A stretch of 39,763 bases of DNA, from the NCBI RefSeq assembly GCF_030028105.1, contig NC_092384.1:12860316-12900078 (forward strand), in the 5' to 3' direction. This stretch comes from Mobula birostris (Eukaryota). This document shows, piece after piece, positions 32,000 through 39,763 of the stretch. The notes below the pieces were generated by a model, which ran no database searches, had not been told where the DNA came from, and saw only the letters and a list, made by a program, of their open reading frames with translations. Numbering within the stretch: the first letter of the stretch is position 1; every line of letters starts with the position of its first letter. Both the position numbers and the translations under genes were made by a program.

Positions 32000-33335
32000 A
32001 TAATATTCCCACAACAGGTCCACAGCAGATGCTATCTCATTGGCTCTTCCCTCAACCCTGGAATATCTGGACAGCAAAGGTGCATACATCAGGATGCCCT
32101 TTATCAACTACAGTTCAGCATTCAATACAGTCATCCCACTAATCAATAAGCTTCAAGACCTTGGCCTTGATATCTCCTCGTGCAATTGGATCTTCAATCT
32201 CCTCACTTGCAGACCCCAGTCAGTTCAGATTGGCAACATCTCCTCCACAATCTCTATCAGCAAGATGCATGACAAGGCTGTGTGCTTAGCCTCCTGCTCT
32301 AATCACTGTACACTTATGACTCTGAGGCTAAGCACAGCTCCAATGCCATATGCAAGTTTGCTGACAATACCACACCACTATCATTGGCCAAAACAAAGGT
32401 GTTAATAAATTAGTATATAGGAAGGAGACTGAAAATCTGGCTGAATGGTGCCAGAACAACAAATCTTACACAAAATCAGCAAGACCAAGAAGCTAATTAT
32501 TGACTTGAGGAAGAGGAAACCTCACGTCCATGAGCCAGGCCTTATCGGAGAATTACAGATAGAGAGGATCAGCAACTTTAAATCCCCTGGTGTTATCTTT
32601 TCAGAGAACCTGTCCTGGACCCAGCACACAAGTGCAATTATGAAGAAAGCATGGTAGCACCTCTGCTTCCTTAGGAATTTGTAAGGACTCAATATGACAT
32701 CTAAAACTCTGACAAACTTCTATAGATATATAGCGGAGAATATACTGATGGGCTGCATCACAGTTTGGTATGGAAACACTAATCCGCTTGACCGAAAAAG
32801 TAGTAGATACAGCCCAGGCCATCACGGGTAAAGCCCTCCCCACCATGGAGATTTGTTGTAGGAAAGCAGCATCCATCATCAGGGACCCCCGCCACCCAGG
32901 TCATGCTTTCTTCTCACTACTGCCATCAGGAAAAAGGTATAGGTGCCTTGGGACTCACACCACCAGGTTCAGGAACAGTTACTACCCCTCGACCATCAGG
33001 TTCTTAAGACGAAGGAGATAACTTTACTCAATCTCACTTGTCCCATCACTGGAATGTTTCCACAACATATGGACTCACTTTCAGGGACTCTTCATCTCAT
33101 CTTCTCAATATTTATTGCTAATTTATTTATTATTATAATTGTTATTATTTTTTCTTTTTGTATTTGCAAATTTCTGTTGTCCTTTGCACCATGATGGTAT
33201 GCCCAGCTGATGCAGTCGTTCATTGATTCTATTATGATTATTCAATTTATTGAGTATGTCTGCAAGAAAATGAATCTTGGGGTTGCATATGATGACATAT
33301 ATGGACCTTGACAATAAATTTATTTTTTGAACTTT
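32000..33335 (+). mobile_element. Rex1/Babar LINE, decayed
   Basis: ORF pieces [35 protein letters not shown]...TTRFRNSYYP; 3' UTR ending GACAATAAA. Confidence 0.85.
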
Positions 33336-33599
33336 ACTCAGCATAGTGAAAAGTCGTCATGTTAGCTAATGATAGAATTTTAAATTGTTTTAATGTGACG
33401 AAAATGGTAGTCAATTTTCATACATAATTTTTAAGCAATTAAATATATGATCAATTTTATTAATGTGGCTAAGGCACTGGGCAACTAACCTAGTGTTTTC
33501 AAAAATTCACTGAAAGTTCTTACATCAACTTGAAAAGGCATAAAACAACCCTGATTCCAGTAGAGAAAGCATAAATATATATTAAACAAATAGAAATAA

Positions 33600-34135
33600 G
33601 TAGTAGGGTTCTGTCCCACAAGGAATCCTCGGTGTCCTCCTGGTGCATGAACTGCAAAAGGCTAGTATGCAGTTAGAGAAAGTAATTAGTAGATCTAATT
33701 AGAATGTTGCATTTTATTACTGGAGAAACTAAATACAGAAATAAACACAAGAGGTTCTACAGATGTTCGAAATCAAGAGTAACACTCAAAATACTATAAA
33801 ACTCGACAGGTCAGGGAGCATTCATGGAGAAGAATAAAGAGCTGATATTTCAGGCCGAGACATCGACTCTTTATTCCTCTCCATAGATGCTGCTTGAACT
33901 GCTGTGTTACTCCAGCAGTATGTGTGTAGATACAAAAATAGGAAGATTTTTCTCAGTTTAGAGTAGAACATTGTTTGGGAGGACTGGGTACAGTACTGGC
34001 TGAATTATGAGGAAGGGTTGGACAGACTGGCTTGTATCTGCTAGAGTTCTCCTGAATGAGAAAGGACCTGATAAATAAATATAAGATCTTGAGAGGTCTT
34101 GACAGGATGGAAGTTGAAAGGATCTAGAATTAGAT
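33600..34135 (+). mobile_element. Decayed CR1 C-terminal fragment, host of the 184-bp fold-back
   Basis: Reads through as ...GETKYRN|RKIF... after removing 33744-33940; later blocks resemble CR1 'YEERLDRLGL' and 'YKILRGLDR'. Confidence 0.55.
33744..33927. mobile_element. 184-bp fold-back mini-element built from two PLE termini
   Basis: Arms GGAGAAGAATAAAGAG and CTCTTTATTCCTCTCC (15/16 complementary) flank a residual TTCAGGCCGAGAC; TSD AAATACAGAAATA / AGATACAAAAATA (11/13) at 33731-33743 and 33928-33940. Confidence 0.7.
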
Positions 34136-34149
34136 CTCATTATTTTTAA

Positions 34150-35557
34150 CTAAAGAATCACTTCCATCATCATGAAATGTTTCAAGAGGCTCGTCATGAG
34201 ACACATAAAGACCCTGCTGCCCCTCTCACTGGACCCCCTGCAGTTCATGTATCATCCCAACTGCTCAACAGACGACACCATCACCACCACCTTCCACCTG
34301 GACAAAAAAGAAACATACGTCCGAATGCTGTTAATAGACTTCAGTTCAGCATTCAACACAATCATTCCTCAGCACCTAACTGGAAAGCTGAAACTGCTGG
34401 ACCTGAACACCTCCCTCTGCAACTGAACCCTAGTCTTCCTGACTGGGAGACCTCAGTCAGTCCGGATTGGGAGCAGCATCTCCAACACCATCACACTGAG
34501 TACGGGGGCTCCCCAGGGCTGTGTGTTCAGTCCACTGCTGTTCACCTTGCTGACCCACAACTGTGCAGCAATACACAGCTCGAATCACATCATCAAGTTC
34601 ACCGATGACACAACCATGGTGGGTCTGATCAGCAAGAATGACGAGTCAGAATACAAAAAGGAGGTGCAGCGGCTAACAGACTGGTACAGAGCCAACAACC
34701 TGTCTCTGAATGTGAACAAAACAAAAGAGATGGTTGTTGACTTCAGGAGAGCACGGAGCGACCACTCTCCGCTGAACATTGACGGCTCCTCCCTTGAGAT
34801 CGTTAAGAGCACCAAGTTTCTTGGTGTTCACCTGGTGGAGAATCTCACCTGGTCCCTCAACACCAGCCCCATAGCCGAGAAAGCACAGGCTGAGAAAAGT
34901 CCATCTCCCACCCTCCATCCTCACCACATTCTACAGGGGATGTATGGAGAGCATCCTGAGCAGCTGCATCACTGCCTGGTTCGGGAATTGCACCGTCTCG
35001 GATCGCAAGACCCTGCAGCGGATAGTGAGGTCAGCTGAGAAGATCATCGGGGTCTCTCTTCACACTATTACAGACATTTACACCACATGCTGCACCCGCA
35101 AAGTGAACAATATTGTGAAGGAGCCCACGCACCCCTCACACAAACACTTCTCCCTCCTGCCATCTGGCAAAAGGTACCGAAGCATTCGTGCTCTCATGAC
35201 CAGACTGTGCAACAGTTTCTTCCCCCAAGCCATCAGACTCCTCAATACTCAGAGTCTAGACTGATATCTACATCATTTATTATTATATTGTAATTTGTCC
35301 GCTACTGTGTCTATTGTCTTGTTTATTAATTATTGTACTGCCCTGCACTGTTTTGTGCACTTTATGTAGAGGTCTGTAGGCTAGTGCAGTTTTTATGTTG
35401 TTTTACATAGTTTAGTGTAGCCTTGTGCTGTCTCACATAGTCTAGTGTAGTTTTGTGTTGTTTCATGTAGCACCAGGGTCCTGGAGGAATGGTGTTTAGT
35501 TTTTACTGTGTACTGTACCAGCAGCTTATGGTCAAAATGGCAATAAACTTGACTTGA
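34150..35557 (+). mobile_element. Rex1/Babar LINE, 5'-truncated
   Basis: [55 protein letters not shown]; 3' UTR ending CAATAAACTTGACTTGA. Confidence 0.9.
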
Positions 35558-36407
35558 ATTAAACTGATGAAGAGATTATTTAATTTTCTTTCCAATGACC
35601 ATAATCTTCAAAAATTACCACCCTGTACTTATCATGTCAATGCTATATTGTAGTCCTCATTATTCATCATCTGAGAACCCAAGTGAGAGACTTTGGAGCA
35701 ATAAGGGGACATCCGATTATGGTTCCAGTTAGATGCAGATGAGTTAACTATTTGTCACAATGAAGCCTGTTGGGGTAATATTTTTATTGTTTTGTCTACT
35801 TCAACTTCATCCAGCATGGGTTACGAACAATTTGGTTAAGCAGTGAGAGGTTGGACTGCAGAATGCACTGCCTGCTGATGTAATGGAAGCAAGCTACGTT
35901 GAACCCTTCAAAAAATTAAATGGATAAACATGTAGTGTAGAACAATGGTTGCAAAGTTACAGGAAATATGCTGGTCTGTAGAGATAAGAGATTTCCTCTG
36001 GTAGAAAATTAAATGAAAAGACTTCATATGTTATAAATTTGAAATAAAAACAGAAAATGCAGAAAAGATTTCAGATTAGTGACTATTATTAACTCAGTTT
36101 CTCTGTTCAGGGATGCTGCCTGTACTGTTGAGTGATTTCATCATCTGTTTTTAATTAAATGAAAGATCATGGGACTTAAAACAACTATGCAAAAATACAT
36201 CAGCAAGAGCCAATTTACCCAAATAGACTTTAGGTAGTATTAAAAAGCTGAACCCTGAGCCTAGCAGCAACTGGTTATCAACCAAAAGCACTCCCAGAAG
36301 ACTCAGATTGAACTCACTGCCTTCTAAGTATTATTACGATGAAAAAAAAACAAGGAAAAGTATTTGACCATACAAATTGAATCACACCAAAAAGGTAATG
36401 GTCTTAC

Positions 36408-36695
36408 CTACAATGTTGACAGTATAATTGGCCAAAGCTGGAACACTGAGGCTGGAGTGAGACACCTTACATACATAAACAGTTCCATGCTGAGCAGGCT
36501 GTCTCTCTTTCAAAAGACTGGAAACTACAGTTAGATCATCCATTGTTTGATGTTTAATATCTTCTTTGTTCATAACTTTTTGACCATTTTTATACCAAGA
36601 TAAGTTGTACTCAGGAGGATAGAAACCAGATGTGTTACACCATAGAGAACCATCTGCAGGCTGCGTTTGAGAAATCTTCAAAGGCTCTGGGGAAC
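36408..36695 (-). CDS. Ig C1-set domain exon of a type I membrane receptor (SIRP-like / B7-H6-like / tapasin-like architecture)
   Basis: Acceptor cttcctacag|GT and donor GTAG|gtaaga, phase 1-1, 288 nt; LWCNTSGFYPPEYNLSWYKNG and YVCKVSHSSL, Cys20-Cys76, Trp 14 residues after the first Cys; sequons NTS, NLS, NYT. Confidence 0.9.
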
Positions 36696-39056
36696 CTGTA
36701 GGAAGTTTGAATGTAAAAGGATATAGTTTGATATCAATGTTGGATACAAAGTGTGAAGTCATATATTCTATTGAGCTTTGTTTAATGATACTTCCTATTT
36801 TCCTCATATTTCATTCCTCCATAATTATTGGCTACTGTTTATTCATAAACAACAGAATATTTCATCATAGTAATCTAAAAACACCATATACCAAAATATA
36901 ACTGTCCAGATTTATTGGATTCTGGTCTACAATGGAAAGTTCAGCTTTTATATAAAATTTAATTCTGACCCAACCATGATGAATTCAAGTCCAATATAAA
37001 CTTGAGTACTTTACTTTTGTCTACACCACTCACAGGGACACTTTAAGACCCATTTGCTGAAAGGTAGCGAAAGAAAGAAGGACACTTTTGCCAGCTCATA
37101 TAATGTTTTCAATCAGGAGAATGAATACACACAATAAAGTAATGTGCCTGACCTTGATTAAGCTCTCAACCAGATTGGCACAGCCCAAACCCACATTGTT
37201 TTACCTACCCAATCCAAACTTAATGGATCTGTTGATGAAATATATTTATTATATCATCATATATTTATTAAATACATCATTACTTGTGTGCAGTAGCTTA
37301 ATCAGGAGTATACTCAACAGGAGACTTTCAACAGAACAGGAATTCAGATGACAATTAACTTGAATATTTAGAAAGTTGTGCAATATAAATTCCAATTATG
37401 TTTTTCCTGTACTTTTTTGCTCTCTTTAAAAATTAAATAGCGTATATATTTTAAAACAGGCAGCTGCCATTCACCCAGAAAATACCTTTATCATTGTCAG
37501 TTAACATTTACATCCTTGTTAAAGCAGAGCTTGAGCAGTGAACAAGCTTTGTAGCATTAATGGAAGCTTTAAAATACAAAGCAAATTTCCACAATATGTA
37601 TCAAAATAAATTAACGATTTTATGGAATGAAATTAGGTTAAATAATGGTAAAGATGTTATGGTATCCGAATGATCTTTACTTCTGGTCAAGTAAAATTCG
37701 TGCATGATGCTTCCAGATGGTACTGAGGCTTCAAGTCAAATCCTTAAATTGCAAGGTAAATAGCTCAGGACCAACAGTGCTGCCATAAGAAAGCAGACAA
37801 GCGCTGCACTCAATTTAAACTATCCTTTGTGCATGATAGAAAGGTACAGTTTCATTAAGCAATAACTCGCACCAATGCATAACTTACATTATAGAGCTAA
37901 ATAGCATTTTGTAATGTGGGAAAATGTCTGTCAGGATTATTTAGACGACAAGGGTCTTTACTCGCAGGAATGTTTTTTTTTCTTAATTCCAATCCCTCAC
38001 AGTTTCCGCTTCCTTTTACACCCTTTCTTTAATCCCACACCAAACCCATTTCTAATAGTTAACATCCTTTAATCACGAACTTGGGCTGTGCATTTATTCT
38101 GCTGCATCCGCTGTCAAAAAAGTTAAAACCATTCAGGTTGAAAACAAATCAATGCAATTATAAGCAATTTATCTAAAGCCATAGAATAGTATTCAAGGGT
38201 AGAACGTTTTGACAGAGAACTCAATGGAATAAATTCATGTATTTTCGAAATATGAAGCGCTCTTTAATTACACAATATGCGCCTACTGTCTGCAAAGGAT
38301 AGCTTGTCAGTTGAATACAGGGCTAAAGGATTTGTTTTTGAGAAAGTGATAAGGCTAAGAGAATACTTTGTATGAAATCCCTCACATCCCTTGCATTTTA
38401 TAACAAGGTCGATTTAACCTTTGGCCAACGCCAGTACTTTTAAACTGTGCCAACACCTCAAACAATAACGACATTGGAAAACTGCTAGAAAAGACACCAG
38501 TAATTATCCACGTTCCTTTTTGAGGGGAATCATGTTACAGATCATAATTTATATAAGATATACACTCCTGAATGACCCCCTCAATGAGACGATTCAAATT
38601 ACGATTAAAACTCAGATGTCCAGAAATGATATTTATCGTGTTGCCCATCATTGGTTGGCATCCTCATTCAAAGAATTCCTCCACAAGCCACACATTTTAA
38701 AACATGAAAACGAGGTGAACATTTGGACTTGGAACAGTTTGGCAGATGGGGAGGGAAAGGTGTGGGTACGTTACAAGCTTCAAATATTAATCCCATTCTA
38801 AATGGAATTTTTCATTTTTCCGTGATCGAAGGATTTGTTATTTAGATTTGGGGCTAATCAAGTAAGAGCACAGGAATGGATCCTGATCAGGCGAGGCCAG
38901 TTGTAACGGGAAGCATTCACTCACCATTCCCTTTGAAAAATCAATGATTGACGTTACGCTGAAGTTACAGCGCATCACCAGCGCATATCAAAATATGTTT
39001 GTAACATGGTTCAAGGTGCAATTGCTTAAATTTACAACCCTGATGTCGGAGCTTAC

Positions 39057-39144
39057 CTTTGAAAATATTTAGATACATCCAATGCATTTTATTACGTAAT
39101 CCTAAAGTGCCCTCGGTTCGTTCGTAATTTGATTTTGTAAGAAA
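39057..39144 (-). other. Candidate upstream exon (88 nt) of the Ig gene
   Basis: Good acceptor tttcgtttcccag| and donor AAAG|gtaagc; one open frame (FLTKS...NKMHWMYLNIFK) ends in phase 1. No recognisable domain. Confidence 0.3.
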
Positions 39145-39763
39145 CTGGGAAACGAAATATTTTCAATCGAAATAAACCAACATTATGTTTTTTGCACAAT
39201 ACTGTGGTCAAAATTGCTCCACTTCAGAAACAACTAAGCTACAGAGAAGCACATCTGCGATACAGCCAGGTGGTTGGGGAAGAACGTTTAATTTCAAAGA
39301 CTGTGCAAAGTATCCGAACGGCCGGTTGCTATTCGGTTGTTAGCATCAGAAATAAATGAAGGCGGCTTGTCTACAGATACGCTCAATACAGATTGTTTCA
39401 ATTAATAGTTTCGCTAATATTTCTTGTCAACCTGATAACACCGACTGATAACACATGAAGAACATTAACTGAAGATAGTGCAAAGTGTTTTTCCCGTTAA
39501 CACACCCATTTGCACGCTTGATTGTTCTGGGAGTACATCCGAGGGAAAATTTAACAGGTATATCTGCTGAGAAATTCTACTCTTGTATGTTTGAGAGTGA
39601 ATATTCCACTCTCCCGATCCAGGAATATTATTAAGAGCGTTGATAGTATAGCAATATACATCAATAACTAGCATTGCCGTTTTCCCTCAGCTTAGTTTAC
39701 TCAACCGTCAATTTTAAAGGTTGCTCTAACAATACAATCTGCGTTTTCTTTTCTCCGGAATGC

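Noticed and set aside
37034-37056. 23-nt micro-exon with a strong acceptor (ctttcag) and GTGAGT donor
   Set aside because: Contains a stop if entered in phase 1; fits only with a phase-2 upstream donor, for which there is just a weak candidate near 39700.
38520-38801. 93-aa plus-strand ORF (also 37088-37351 and 39465-39674)
   Set aside because: No recognisable domain or splice support; lengths are expected by chance.
38925-38958. 34-nt exon candidate ending ATG|gtgagt
   Set aside because: Not phase-compatible with the 88-nt candidate or the C1 exon; stops in two frames.
39185-39207. RSS-like TGTTTTTTGC...TACTGTG
   Set aside because: Spacer is about 4 nt rather than 12 or 23 and no J-segment FGxG motif follows, so no evidence of a rearranging locus.
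39695-39763. Minus-frame peptide ...EQPLKLTVE resembling the end of a V domain
   Set aside because: Only 21 codons are visible, with no YxC motif and no phase-1 donor.

Overview
Eukaryotic, repeat-dominated vertebrate DNA. The retroelement set (CR1 with esterase ORF1, Rex1/Babar, L2, fish-type L1, Penelope-like ends, V-SINE-like and tRNA SINEs) suggests a cartilaginous fish, probably a ray; this is inference, no database was used. One host gene is supported: the 3' part of a minus-strand Ig-superfamily type I membrane protein, with an Ig C1-set exon (36408-36695), a TM exon (30155-30265) and a Lys-rich, Tyr-free cytoplasmic exon (18902-19107). These join in frame through phase-1 GT-AG junctions (201 aa); N-terminal exons were not identified. 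Well over half of the window is nested retroelements. Most notable observations: (1) a near-full-length CR1 whose ORF1 ends in a correctly phased U_UUA_AAC slippery heptamer that leads into ORF2 in the -1 frame; (2) short Penelope-like elements carrying minimal hammerhead ribozymes, with one intact core in a 304-bp insertion flanked by a perfect 12-bp TSD; (3) two independent fold-back versions of those elements, each with its own TSD; (4) an L1 inserted antisense into another L1, mimicking an inversion. No rRNA, tRNA gene or CRISPR array was seen.
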